From: an uncultured Rickettsiales bacterium
Lineage (GTDB): Bacteria; Pseudomonadota; Alphaproteobacteria; Rickettsiales; SXRF01
Length of the DNA: 64,000 bases
Reading direction: 5' to 3'
Assembly: GCA_964535825.1 (NCBI GenBank)
Contig: CAZHUC010000004.1
Coordinates: 97,065 to 161,064, forward strand
Position numbers and translations under genes: made by a program. The notes under the pieces are model-generated. The model made no database searches. It worked only from the letters and a program-made list of their open reading frames with translations, and was not told the DNA's origin. Positions within the stretch are counted from its first letter, which is position 1. Each line of letters starts with the position of its first letter. Shown here piece by piece: positions 18,831 through 28,943 of the stretch.

Positions 18831-20087
18831 ATGCTTACAGCTTTTGAACGCATGGTTGCCTTCCGTTATCTTCGCGCCCGCCGCGAGGAGGGATTTATCT
18901 CGGTCATTGCCATGTTCTCGCTGGTGGGCATCGCGCTGGGGGTCATGACCCTCATTGTGGTGCTTTCAGTGATGAACGGCGTGCGCTCGGAAATGATACG
19001 CAGCATCATCGGGCTTGAGGGGCATGTCACGGTCTATGCCAATGGTGCGGCAGGCCTTGGTGAGTATGATGAGCTCAGCCACAAACTGGCAGGTATCGAT
19101 GGGGTGGTTAGTGCACTTCCCAAAGTGGAAGGCCAGATCATGGCCAGCAACAAGGGCAGGGCGATGGGAGCAATGGCCGTCGGCTTCCGTGCGGATGACC
19201 TCAAGTTCAAGCCGCTGCTTTCCACGCGCATGAAAGAAGGCAGCCTTGATGCCATGGGATCTGGCGATGGCGTGGTGATAGGCAGTCGTATGGCCGAACG
19301 GCTAGGCCTCAGGCTCGGTGACGAGATAACGCTTATCTCACCGGAAGGGCGCGCGACCGTTGCTGGCCTGATGCCGCGTGTAAAAGCATACCCTGTGGTG
19401 GGTATATTTTCCATTGGCATGTTCTCTTACGATAATGGCCTTATCGTCATGCCGTTTAAGGAAGCACAGATATATTTCAAACTGCGTGACAACGGTGCAG
19501 ATAACACCAGCAGTATCGAAGTCATGCTGAAAGACCCCGCTGCAGCAAAAAGCAAAGCGCGTGAGATAAGTCAGCAATTGCCTGGCCTGCGTGTGTATGA
19601 CTGGCAAACCTCGAACAGCCACATCCTGCAGGCGGTCATCGTGCAGCGGAACGTGATGTTCCTTATTCTCATGCTCATCATTGTGGTGGCGTCGTTCAAT
19701 ATCATTTCAAGCCTCATCATGCTGGTGCGTGAGAAGGGGCGTGATGTGGCGATATTGCGTACTATGGGCGCAAGCCGTACGTCGGTGATGAAGATATTCT
19801 TTGCCTGTGGTGCAAGCGTCGGTGTGATCGGTACATTCATTGGCATCGTCTTCGGACTGCTGATCGCCTTCAATACGGAAAATATCCAGCTCTGGCTGGA
19901 ATCTATGATGGGGCATAAGTTATTTGCTGATGAGCTCTATTTCCTCTCGCATCTGCCTTCGGAGGTGAATGGTTCTGAAGTGATACTTGTAAGTGTGATG
20001 TCGCTGCTGATTGCATTCCTGGCAACGCTCTATCCTGCGCGTCGTGCAGCCAGCCTGAATCCGGCGGAAGGGCTGCGCTATGAGTAA
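18831..20087 (+). CDS. lolC: Lipoprotein-releasing ABC transporter permease LolC/E
   Basis: RYLRARR..GFISVIAMFS and REIAIL-type RDVAILRTMGAS motifs; adjacent lolD. Confidence 0.93.
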   Translation: MLTAFERMVAFRYLRARREEGFISVIAMFSLVGIALGVMTLIVVLSVMNGVRSEMIRSIIGLEGHVTVYANGAAGLGEYDELSHKLAGIDGVVSALPKVEGQIMASNKGRAMGAMAVGFRADDLKFKPLLSTRMKEGSLDAMGSGDGVVIGSRMAERLGLRLGDEITLISPEGRATVAGLMPRVKAYPVVGIFSIGMFSYDNGLIVMPFKEAQIYFKLRDNGADNTSSIEVMLKDPAAAKSKAREISQQLPGLRVYDWQTSNSHILQAVIVQRNVMFLILMLIIVVASFNIISSLIMLVREKGRDVAILRTMGASRTSVMKIFFACGASVGVIGTFIGIVFGLLIAFNTENIQLWLESMMGHKLFADELYFLSHLPSEVNGSEVILVSVMSLLIAFLATLYPARRAASLNPAEGLRYE

Positions 20088-20751
20088 TGTGCTGCAGCTA
20101 AAAAATATCGAAAAGGTCTATGGTCAGGGCGAGCAGCAACTGCGTGTATTGTCTGGCTTGAACCACATGATAAGCAAGGGCGAGATCGTGGCGCTGGTTG
20201 GGCCATCCGGTTCCGGCAAGACAACGTTGCTGCAAATTGCGGGTATGCTCGATACACCGACCTCTGGCGAAGTATGGATCGATGGTGAGAATGTGGCATC
20301 GGCAAGTGATGCTAAACGTACCATGCTTCGCCGCGTGAAGGTTGGGTTCGTTTATCAGTTCCATCATCTCTTGCCGGAATTCTCCGCGCTGGAGAACATC
20401 ATGTTGCCGCAGATGATAGAGGGTACATCTCCTGCGAAAGCTGCACAAAAAGCAAACAAATTACTTGCCATGCTTGGGCTTGAGAATCGTGCTTCACATC
20501 GGCCTGCCAAGCTTTCTGGCGGTGAGCAGCAACGTGTGGCGATCGCGCGCGCACTAGCTAATGATCCTGTACTGCTTCTTGCCGATGAGCCGACCGGTAA
20601 CCTTGATGCGCATACGGCAGAGAGCGTATTCGTACTGCTGATGAAAGTAATGAAGGAGCACGGCCTTGCCGGCCTGGTCGCTACCCATAATATGGAGCTT
20701 GCCTCCCGCATGTCTCGTACGGTCCATCTGAAAGATGGAGTCATTGTATGA
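20080..20751 (+). CDS. lolD: Lipoprotein-releasing ABC transporter ATP-binding protein
   Basis: Walker A GPSGSGKT, signature LSGGEQQRVAIARAL. Confidence 0.93.
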   Translation: MSNVLQLKNIEKVYGQGEQQLRVLSGLNHMISKGEIVALVGPSGSGKTTLLQIAGMLDTPTSGEVWIDGENVASASDAKRTMLRRVKVGFVYQFHHLLPEFSALENIMLPQMIEGTSPAKAAQKANKLLAMLGLENRASHRPAKLSGGEQQRVAIARALANDPVLLLADEPTGNLDAHTAESVFVLLMKVMKEHGLAGLVATHNMELASRMSRTVHLKDGVIV

Positions 20752-23700
20752 CGCCGGGCTTCATACACCTGCGTGTGCATTCGTCTTTTTCGCTACTGGA
20801 AGGGGCAATAACCATAAAAGATCTGGTCAAGTGGTGCAAAAGGCAGGATATGCCTGCTGTTGCGGTCGCTGATCATGGCAATCTGTTTGGTTCGCTTGAA
20901 TTTGCAATGGCTGCTGCCAAGGAGGGTGTGCAGCCTATTATGGCCTGCGTGCTTATGCTTGAGCCTTATCTGAAACAAGATAGCCGACAGGTAAAGCCAC
21001 AAAAGCCAGACCAGCTACTAGCCTACGCACAGAATCAGAAAGGTTGGCAAAATCTGCTGACCCTTGTGAGCAAGTCGTATCTTGCACCTGCTGCTGGTGG
21101 TCATGCCCCGCTAATAAGTTATAAAGACCTGGAGGCTCATAACGAAGGCCTGATTATACTCTCTGGGGGTATATATGGTGGTATCGGAAAAGCGCTTGCT
21201 GCGGGCAACAGCAAGATAGCTGAAGAGCTTTGCAATAGATTGAATTCTAGTTTCTCTGGACGTTTTTATATTGAACTATCCCGACATGGGTTGCCCTTAG
21301 AGAACCAGATAGAAAAGCAGTGCATAGAGCTGGCCTATCAATACAATATACCGCTGGTTGCCACGAACGATGCCTACTTCATAGAAGAAGAGATGTATGA
21401 AGCGCACGAGGCATTCCTCTGTATCGCTGATGGTACATATGTCACGGAAGTGGATCGCCGCAGGCTTACACAGGAACACCGACTTAAGACAGCCGATGAA
21501 ATGCAGGAATTATTTGCAGATATTCCTGAAGCGCTACAGAACACGGTGAATATCGCAAAACGTTGCTCATTTATGGCAACCTCACGTGCACCGATGTTGC
21601 CAAAATTCGCTAAAGACGGGCTCAGTGAAGATGATGAATTGCGCAAGCAGGCTACAGAAGGTCTGCATCTGCGGTTGCGCAACCATGTATTCACTGAATC
21701 AATGAGTGAAGCAGAAAGAGAAGAGGTCGCAAAACCTTATTGGGAACGGCTTGAATTTGAGTTGCAGACCATCATAAAAATGAAATTTCCAGGATACTTC
21801 CTGATCGTATCGGACTTTATCAAATGGAGTAAGAATGAGAATATTCCCGTAGGGCCTGGTCGTGGTTCTGGTGCGGGTTCGTTGGTTGCATGGGTATTGA
21901 TGATCACAGATCTGAATCCGTTGCGTTATGGCCTGCTGTTCGAGCGTTTCCTAAACCCCCAGAGGGTATCCATGCCGGATTTCGATATCGACTTTTGTCA
22001 GGACAGGCGCGAAGAGGTTATTCGCTATGTGCAGCAGAAATACGGCGCAGACCATGTAGCGCAGATCATCACGTTCGGTAAATTGCAGGCGCGTGCCGTG
22101 CTGCGCGATGTGGGGCGTGTGCTGCAGATGCCATATGGCCAGGTTGATCGTATCTGTAAATTAGTGCCGAACAATCCAGCAAACCCTGTCACACTTGAAG
22201 ATGCCATCAAGATAGAGCCGATGCTAAAGGCAGCTATCAGGGAAGATGAATCGGTTGAGAAGCTGGTGGATATTAGTCTGAAACTGGAAGGACTGAATCG
22301 CCATGCCTCTACGCATGCTGCAGGTGTTGTGATCGCTGACCGGCCGCTGGATCAGTTAGTGCCAATGTACCGCGACCCTAAATCTGATATGCCGGTGGTG
22401 CAATACTCTATGAAATATGCAGAGAGTGCTGGCCTTGTAAAGTTCGACTTCCTTGGTCTGAAAACACTTACTGTGCTGTCGCGTACTGTAAAACTGCTTG
22501 AACAGCGGAATATCAAAGTTGATCTGTCGCGCTTGCCAGATGGCGACAAGCCAGCTTACGCGCTGCTTTCCAAAGGTGATACGGTTGGTGTGTTTCAGCT
22601 GGAAAGCGCAGGCATGCGCGATACCCTTAAGAAATTGCGCCCCGACTGTCTGGAAGACATTATCGCGCTTGTATCGCTGTATCGTCCGGGCCCGATGGAT
22701 AATATCCCTACCTATATTGCCCGCAAACATGGTGAAGAAAAACCCGAATACCTGCACCCGATGCTGGAACAGGTTCTTAAAGAGACCTTTGGGGTTATCA
22801 TCTATCAGGAACAGGTGATGCAGATCGCTCAGCTTCTGGCAGGCTACAGCCTCGGAGAAGCCGACCTTCTGCGTCGTGCGATGGGTAAGAAGATCCGTGA
22901 GGAGATGGAGGCGCAACGAAGCATCTTTGTTGAGAAATCTGTTGAGCGTGGCGTCAATAAGAAACAGGCGGCGAGCATCTTTGATCTTATCGCCAAATTC
23001 GCCGAGTATGGATTCAATAAATCGCACGCGGCGGCCTATGCTGTGATCGCTTACCAGACCGCAGTTCTCAAGGCGAATTACCCGGTTGAGTTCATCGCAG
23101 CTTCCATGACGTATGATATGCACAACACGGATAAGCTCGGTATATTCCGTGAAGATGCTGCAAATATGGGCGTACGCCTGCTGGCTGCCGATATCAATGC
23201 GTCTGAAGTATTATTCTCCGTAGAAAATGGCGCGATACGCTATGCGCTGGCGGCTATTCGTAACGTAGGTGCACAGGCAATGGAAGGTGTGGTCGCCGAG
23301 CGCAAGGAAAAAGGTGCATACAAGGATATCTTTGACTTTGTTTCGCGCATCCCTTCCGAAGCATTGAATAAAAGGGCGCTGGAATATCTTATCAAGGCGG
23401 GAGCATTCGATTCACTGCATAGCAACCGCCGCGAACTCTATGAGAATCTTGAATTGATCATGGCGTTTGGTGTGGCCTCACACCGGGACCGCGAAAGCCA
23501 GCAGGTCAGCCTGTTCGGAGGTGCGGCAGCAAGTGCCATTTCCAAGCCAATACTGCAATCGACAGAGGACTGGACAAGCCTGGAACGGCTGGAGCATGAA
23601 TTCTCAGCCATTGGATTCTATTTGTCAGCACATCCGCTGGAAGGTTACAGGCTGCAACTGGAGCAGCTGCGTGTGATGAGCTCTGCATCACTGGCAGACA

Positions 23701-24221
23701 AGCTGGATACTCAGTATAAGCCTGTGAGAATAGCGGGTATCGTCACGGGTAAGAAATTCAAAGTATCGGATAAGGGCAGGTTTGCCTTCCTGCAGCTTTC
23801 CGATATGGGCGGGGTGTATGAGGTATCACTCTTCAATGAGACCCTTATTAACCAGAATCGTGACCTGCTCGAGAATGGCAAGATACTGCTGATCAACGCC
23901 GATGGTAAGGCCGATGAGGGCGGGGTGCGCCTGATCGCAACGCAAATAGCCTTGCTCGATGAAGCATGGGCCAAACGTCCAAAAACAGCGCGCGGCGCTA
24001 CGGTTCTTAAGATCATCGTGGATCAGCCAACGGTACTGATGCCAATTCGTGAGTTGATAGGCGAGCCAAGACAGGTCGGCACAACCGTTACGCTCACTGC
24101 GCAGATCGAAAATCAGCTGGCCGAGATAAAATTACCTGAGAAGTATGAAGTATCGCCTACGGTCCTTGATAAAATACGCGTTCTTAAGGGGGTTGTTTCT
24201 GCTGAAGAAATCGCCGCCTGA
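20748..24221 (+). CDS. dnaE: DNA polymerase III subunit alpha
   Basis: PHP HLRVHS, PGRGSGAGS, MPDFDIDF catalytic motif, GFNKSH. Confidence 0.98.
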   Translation: MTPGFIHLRVHSSFSLLEGAITIKDLVKWCKRQDMPAVAVADHGNLFGSLEFAMAAAKEGVQPIMACVLMLEPYLKQDSRQVKPQKPDQLLAYAQNQKGWQNLLTLVSKSYLAPAAGGHAPLISYKDLEAHNEGLIILSGGIYGGIGKALAAGNSKIAEELCNRLNSSFSGRFYIELSRHGLPLENQIEKQCIELAYQYNIPLVATNDAYFIEEEMYEAHEAFLCIADGTYVTEVDRRRLTQEHRLKTADEMQELFADIPEALQNTVNIAKRCSFMATSRAPMLPKFAKDGLSEDDELRKQATEGLHLRLRNHVFTESMSEAEREEVAKPYWERLEFELQTIIKMKFPGYFLIVSDFIKWSKNENIPVGPGRGSGAGSLVAWVLMITDLNPLRYGLLFERFLNPQRVSMPDFDIDFCQDRREEVIRYVQQKYGADHVAQIITFGKLQARAVLRDVGRVLQMPYGQVDRICKLVPNNPANPVTLEDAIKIEPMLKAAIREDESVEKLVDISLKLEGLNRHASTHAAGVVIADRPLDQLVPMYRDPKSDMPVVQYSMKYAESAGLVKFDFLGLKTLTVLSRTVKLLEQRNIKVDLSRLPDGDKPAYALLSKGDTVGVFQLESAGMRDTLKKLRPDCLEDIIALVSLYRPGPMDNIPTYIARKHGEEKPEYLHPMLEQVLKETFGVIIYQEQVMQIAQLLAGYSLGEADLLRRAMGKKIREEMEAQRSIFVEKSVERGVNKKQAASIFDLIAKFAEYGFNKSHAAAYAVIAYQTAVLKANYPVEFIAASMTYDMHNTDKLGIFREDAANMGVRLLAADINASEVLFSVENGAIRYALAAIRNVGAQAMEGVVAERKEKGAYKDIFDFVSRIPSEALNKRALEYLIKAGAFDSLHSNRRELYENLELIMAFGVASHRDRESQQVSLFGGAAASAISKPILQSTEDWTSLERLEHEFSAIGFYLSAHPLEGYRLQLEQLRVMSSASLADKLDTQYKPVRIAGIVTGKKFKVSDKGRFAFLQLSDMGGVYEVSLFNETLINQNRDLLENGKILLINADGKADEGGVRLIATQIALLDEAWAKRPKTARGATVLKIIVDQPTVLMPIRELIGEPRQVGTTVTLTAQIENQLAEIKLPEKYEVSPTVLDKIRVLKGVVSAEEIAA

Positions 24222-24305
24222 GGTATAAGCGTTTTTAACTCTTTCTTTGTATTTAACTGTTAGTAATCTAAGCTGAAACCCTAATATAAGGAATATACTG
24301 CCACC

Positions 24306-25175
24306 ATGTTGCCAATCATTGGTTTAATACTCACATTCGTATTGGTGTTTGGCTCATATATTCACGCGGGCGGCAAGATCGAAATTATTCTGGTGGCACT
24401 ACCACACGAGCTACCGATGATCTTCGGTGCGGCTCTTGGCGCTTTTCTTGTGGGTAACAAAGGGGTGGTTGCCAAGAAAACACTGAAGGAAGTGATCAAG
24501 GTATTCAAAGGTTCAAAATGGAAAAAACAGGACTATAAAGATGTACTGTGCTTGTTATTCACCTTGTGCAAGCTCATGAAATCTAAGGGACTGATCGCGG
24601 TTGAATCACACATTGAGAAGCCAAATGAAAGCTCGATCTTTGCACAATACCCTAAAATACTTGGGGATCATTTTACCCTGGATCTTATTTGCGATACGCT
24701 GCGTACCCTTACCATGGGTATGGAAGATCCGCACCAGATCGAAGATACCATCGAGAAGCAGATAGAAAAACATCACCATGAAGCTGCCGGGCCTGGCCAT
24801 GCGTTGCAAGGTATGGCCGATGGTTTGCCAGCGATCGGTATCGTTGCGGCGGTTCTTGGTGTAATTAAGACCATGGCAAGTATCAATGAGCCGCCTGAGA
24901 TTCTCGGGAAAATGATCGGTGGTGCGTTGGTAGGAACATTCCTTGGGGTGTTTCTTGCTTATTGTATCGTAGGCCCTTTTGCATCTAAGAATCTGGCTAT
25001 GCATAGCGAAGAGCAGCAGTTCTACTTTACCATCCGCGATGTGCTGGTGGCGCATATGAAAGGCATGGCACCGCAGATCTCTATGGAAATGGGACGAGCC
25101 AATATCCCAAGCTACTACCAGCCGACCTTTGCCGAGATGGAAGAGGCGAGCAGCAATCTGAAAGCAGAAGCGTAA
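24306..25175 (+). CDS. motA: Flagellar motor stator protein MotA
   Basis: PAIGIVAAVLGVIKTM and GALVGTFLGVFLAY TM3/TM4 motifs; 289 aa. Confidence 0.93.
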   Translation: MLPIIGLILTFVLVFGSYIHAGGKIEIILVALPHELPMIFGAALGAFLVGNKGVVAKKTLKEVIKVFKGSKWKKQDYKDVLCLLFTLCKLMKSKGLIAVESHIEKPNESSIFAQYPKILGDHFTLDLICDTLRTLTMGMEDPHQIEDTIEKQIEKHHHEAAGPGHALQGMADGLPAIGIVAAVLGVIKTMASINEPPEILGKMIGGALVGTFLGVFLAYCIVGPFASKNLAMHSEEQQFYFTIRDVLVAHMKGMAPQISMEMGRANIPSYYQPTFAEMEEASSNLKAEA

Positions 25176-25282
25176 GCATCGCAGCTGGCCAAAAGGCTAC
25201 TGGTTATCATTGTTTTTAAGCAAACATCAGAATGCCGGAACATATCCGGATAAGGGTAGCGTTTGTATACTCGTCGGCTGGC

Positions 25283-25465
25283 CTAGAAATTGTGGCTGCT
25301 GAATATGGTGCGAGTATACGGGGTGGCATGCAGAACACCCGAAGTATTATATGCCTCTACCACGGCATTATATTCTGTGCCGGTAGCAGGGGTGCATGCT
25401 TGCAGTGATACCAAAGCAACAACCATCAGCAGAGCTCTGGCGGAAATGCGATTAGTAGCTGTCAT
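25283..25465 (-). CDS. Small putative lipoprotein (60 aa)
   Basis: From ATG 25465: basic N-region, hydrophobic core, lipobox LQA-C; the longer ORF-track start is not needed. Confidence 0.65.
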   Translation of the reverse strand: MTATNRISARALLMVVALVSLQACTPATGTEYNAVVEAYNTSGVLHATPYTRTIFSSHNF

Positions 25466-25495
25466 AAATACACCTTGCATTTGTTGTGCTGTTAT

Positions 25496-25514
25496 TATAC
25501 CATACGGGGGTATA
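25496..25514. promoter_or_regulatory. CsoR/RcnR-type operator TATACCATACGGGGGTATA
   Basis: TATAC/GTATA inverted repeat around a G-tract; overlaps the minus-strand TATAAT at 25499-25494. Confidence 0.65.
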
Positions 25515-25675
25515 TTGAGTTTTTGTACAGTAGCAATAACAAGGCCTCTACTACACGCAGCTGAAGTGAACAAAAACTGTTATTTTGAACAATGAGCCAT
25601 GCAAAAAATGCATGCAGTTTGTGCTAGACAGCCCTACTATATATATGTAATGTTTAACTTCTGACCCACAAGCTA

Positions 25676-25694
25676 TATACGCTATGGGGGTATA
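25676..25694. promoter_or_regulatory. Second CsoR/RcnR-type operator TATACGCTATGGGGGTATA
   Basis: Same 19-bp architecture 180 bp from the first; abuts the pabB stop codon. Confidence 0.6.
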
Positions 25695-26975
25695 TCAAAG
25701 AGTTTGTAAGGCCTGCGGAGTAATTCCAAGGGCTTTTATTATGCCTCTGGCCTTGTCAAAGGTCTCTTGCATTTCGCTTTCTGGCGTTGAATCAGCCACA
25801 ATGCCGCCACCCACCTGAAATTCGAACCTGTCACCTTGTGTGATTATGGTCCGTATCACTACAGACAATTCACCGCCACCAGCGCCATCCAGAAATCCGA
25901 TCGCACCTGCATACAAGCCGCGCGCCATAACCTCAAGTTCGGTGCATAACTTCATTGCTTTGATCTTCGGTGCGCCGGTCATAGAACCCGGCGGAAAGCA
26001 ATGTTTGATAACATCGAGTGTACTGCATTCAGGTTTTTTCTTGCCATGGACCGTGCTTGCCATGTGATGCACATTGCTGTGCGAAGTGACGGCGAACATG
26101 TCGGAAACATGCACACTGCCTGCTACACAGCTGCGTGAAAGATCATTGCGCATCAGGTCTGTGATCATCAGGTTCTCGGCCTTGTCCTTTTCGCTATTTG
26201 CCAACATTTCATACGATCTCTTGTCGGCCTCCTTATCTGGTATGCGTGGAGATGTACCTTTTATAGGGCGGCTTTCTACCTTGTGATCTTCTGTGAAACG
26301 CAGGAATAGTTCAGGGCTTGATGAGCAAACGCCTATATTATGGATGCGTATATAGGCACTATATGGCGCAGGGCTCACTGCGCACAATGTTTTGAACAGG
26401 TCAAAGCTATGTACTGGTGATGCAAAATTTCCGAAGAATTTTCTGGTAAGATTCGCCTGATATAGATCACCCCTGTGAATGGCATCAATGATCGCTTTTA
26501 CTTTTTCAAGATATTCACCATTGCTCATGTTGGAGTGTAGGGCGTGCACAGCAGGGATTAAATGTTCTGACTGAGAATGTGTTGGAACTTCACCCGTATC
26601 GTCTGACCAGCCTTCCACGGCATGGTTCTCATGATTAAACCGCAATATCGTTCCAAAGCGCATCATGCATAGGTCTGGCAATGTCACGATGCTTGGAGCA
26701 GCGTCTGCTGGTAAATTCTCAAGCGTATTTTTTAAACCATAGCCGAAATAGCCGAACCACGCATTGGCATACCATGGCTGATCGGCAGAAAGTTTGGCAG
26801 ATATTGCATCAAAATGAGTGGCTGAGATAGTTTCCCTTAAATCATAGGCAAGATAGCTGAAACGGCCCGAATATATCGTTTTTGTACCAGAATAAAGCAA
26901 CACCATATGCTCACTGCGAATGCGTGCTGCGAGTTCAAGGGGGTCTATCCAACCTATGGATTGCATTGGTTTCAT
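25695..26975 (-). CDS. pabB: Aminodeoxychorismate synthase component I
   Basis: SPELF, RPIKGT, KDKAENLMITDLMRNDL and PPGSMTGAPK motifs; folate gene context. Confidence 0.9.
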   Translation of the reverse strand: MKPMQSIGWIDPLELAARIRSEHMVLLYSGTKTIYSGRFSYLAYDLRETISATHFDAISAKLSADQPWYANAWFGYFGYGLKNTLENLPADAAPSIVTLPDLCMMRFGTILRFNHENHAVEGWSDDTGEVPTHSQSEHLIPAVHALHSNMSNGEYLEKVKAIIDAIHRGDLYQANLTRKFFGNFASPVHSFDLFKTLCAVSPAPYSAYIRIHNIGVCSSSPELFLRFTEDHKVESRPIKGTSPRIPDKEADKRSYEMLANSEKDKAENLMITDLMRNDLSRSCVAGSVHVSDMFAVTSHSNVHHMASTVHGKKKPECSTLDVIKHCFPPGSMTGAPKIKAMKLCTELEVMARGLYAGAIGFLDGAGGGELSVVIRTIITQGDRFEFQVGGGIVADSTPESEMQETFDKARGIIKALGITPQALQTL

Positions 26976-26995
26976 GGGGAGGTATATTAGCCGGT

Positions 26996-27214
26996 ATGAA
27001 ACTAAGAATCCACATGCTCCGCGTCCGTCTGGTGTATCAGCGTGCCATGGCCAAGATAAGGCGCAGGAAATTTAAGCCTGTAGAGTCGCTTGATGCGGAG
27101 ATATTAAGGCAGGCTGTTGAAGAAGCAAGGAAACTGAAGATGTACTATGCGGTCGATGTACGACCGCTTGCACCCGGTGAGAAGCCGGATATCCCAAGGC
27201 AGGTGAGCGAGTAA
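26996..27214 (+). CDS. Small basic hypothetical protein (72 aa)
   Basis: GGAGG upstream of ATG 26996; exactly fills the gap between two minus-strand genes. Confidence 0.5.
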   Translation: MKLRIHMLRVRLVYQRAMAKIRRRKFKPVESLDAEILRQAVEEARKLKMYYAVDVRPLAPGEKPDIPRQVSE

Positions 27215-27216
27215 TT

Positions 27217-28881
27217 TTACTGCACGCTCCAACCCGCAGGAGGTACGCCGCCAGAGGGTTTCTCCAAAGGTTGCCTGATATACTCATTATACATGGCTAT
27301 GATATCGCCCATAGAGCGCCCACTGATAGTAAGGCCGCCAGCAGGGTCGCTGACGATAGCGTAGGTATAATATCCCTTTTTCTTATCTTCAGGGGTGCTT
27401 CCGGAAAGGTTATGAAAGAATCTCTTTGTGCCATCTATCAGGCCTGGTGTTACGGTAAATGGCGGCGGCTCAGCAGAAAAAGTCTGCATAACCCCTATAA
27501 CGCGGCCAGTATAAGTGAGTGTATCGTCTATCAGCTGCATACAGTTGGTGCACACCAGTGAGACATTTCCCTGAGGGAACGGGCTGCCTGCTACTTTGGC
27601 CGTGCCGCTGCCTGTGATGCCGTAAGGTGTGGTGGTAATGGCAAGCTCTGTCAGATTGTAGTCACCGTTCATCAGGTTACTGCTTCCTTCATAACTCGCA
27701 TTAAGTGCTATTACCTGATCACCAAAAGCCTGCAGGCTTGGGATGACAGGCTCAACCACAGCGAATGCTTCTTCAGGTGTACGCGGTTGAAGTGCCGCGC
27801 GTATATGCTGCAATTCCGGATCATTGCTGGTGATGGCATGGTGAATAAAGTTACGCACGGTATCTTTTAGGACCATATCATAAAGTTGAGTGTAGACAGA
27901 CTCAAAGCGCATATCTATGGAGGATTTACGCTGTTCAGTGGATTCCTGGTTCATCAGGTGGAAATACCCCTTGGAGGTATATATATCATTTGTGATATTG
28001 AATACGCCCAGATCAATATTAAAGTTTCTGGCGCTGTCAGATCCAAACTCCAGAGGGCCTTTATAGCTGAAATCCATATCAAGATTCTGTTTTCCATACA
28101 CCGAAAGCAAGGTTGGGAATGGATAATCCGGTGAAAGTGCCATCAGATAGGTATTAATTGCTTTTTCACCAGCCGCAGTGATCTCTGCATCCGTTGATTT
28201 GACGAACAGGCGGATGGTCTGTTCATTGCCTGATGGAACACTGGAGAAATATATCCGTGATGGGCCGCTATTTATCAGGACTTCCCCAGATTGCAGGTCA
28301 GATATGTTGTAGGCCGGCCAGTTACAATCGAACTCACGAACCTCTTTCAGAAACTCTCCGATATTCTCGCTGGCTATCTTATAATTCCAGAAATTGCTGA
28401 AAAGACTGCTGCGTGCGAGCGTCATAGAGCACAGACTTTCCGTCGCTGTGTTATTGCCGATATTCTGGGTCGCTGCACCGGCAAGAGAGGCGGATTTCTG
28501 CCATGTTCCTGATGCACCAAGCGTGTAATGGTCTGAAAGTGCATTCAAGGTGAAGGTGAGTGCACCGGTTAAGGCAATATCTTCGTGCCATTCAGGTAAT
28601 GGTTGTGCAGGCGAGATGTCTTGCTCCGGATGCAAATTTTTGAGTAGCTCATCAACGCGGCCAGAAAAGTGTGGATTCACTATACTCAGCGCAATATGTG
28701 TCGGGAATCCGGAAACTTCTATGCTATCGTAGGTAACGTAGGTCTGCTTTTCATTAAGTTTGGCAATGGACCGCTCAACGTGGCTTTTCAGCTCGCCAGA
28801 CTGCACAAACCAGCTGATACAAAAAACTGAACCAGATACAACCAACAGGGTTAATAGTCCTACCAGTATAACTTTACGCAT
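27217..28881 (-). CDS. Membrane-anchored periplasmic hypothetical protein (DUF2125/YdgA-like N-terminus)
   Basis: N-terminal TM anchor followed by YDSIEVSGFP and an apparently beta-rich 554-aa body; family assignment tentative. Confidence 0.6.
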   Translation of the reverse strand: MRKVILVGLLTLLVVSGSVFCISWFVQSGELKSHVERSIAKLNEKQTYVTYDSIEVSGFPTHIALSIVNPHFSGRVDELLKNLHPEQDISPAQPLPEWHEDIALTGALTFTLNALSDHYTLGASGTWQKSASLAGAATQNIGNNTATESLCSMTLARSSLFSNFWNYKIASENIGEFLKEVREFDCNWPAYNISDLQSGEVLINSGPSRIYFSSVPSGNEQTIRLFVKSTDAEITAAGEKAINTYLMALSPDYPFPTLLSVYGKQNLDMDFSYKGPLEFGSDSARNFNIDLGVFNITNDIYTSKGYFHLMNQESTEQRKSSIDMRFESVYTQLYDMVLKDTVRNFIHHAITSNDPELQHIRAALQPRTPEEAFAVVEPVIPSLQAFGDQVIALNASYEGSSNLMNGDYNLTELAITTTPYGITGSGTAKVAGSPFPQGNVSLVCTNCMQLIDDTLTYTGRVIGVMQTFSAEPPPFTVTPGLIDGTKRFFHNLSGSTPEDKKKGYYTYAIVSDPAGGLTISGRSMGDIIAMYNEYIRQPLEKPSGGVPPAGWSVQ

Positions 28882-28943
28882 GCAGATGCTCCATGAAGCT
28901 TATGGGATATTCATAGGGTGTATTGCACGCACACTCAAGGATT

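Noticed and set aside
24235-24270. Possible CtrA boxes upstream of motA and near 14500-14525
   Set aside because: Only TTAAC half-sites; no TTAA-N7-TTAA match with correct spacing
24306-25175. motA with no adjacent motB or flagellar genes
   Set aside because: motA and motB are commonly unlinked in Alphaproteobacteria such as Caulobacter, so this is not unusual
25551-25613. 20-codon minus-strand ORF MHFLHGSLFKITVFVHFSCV between the two CsoR-like sites
   Set aside because: His/Cys content is suggestive, but there is no RBS and it is too short to distinguish from chance
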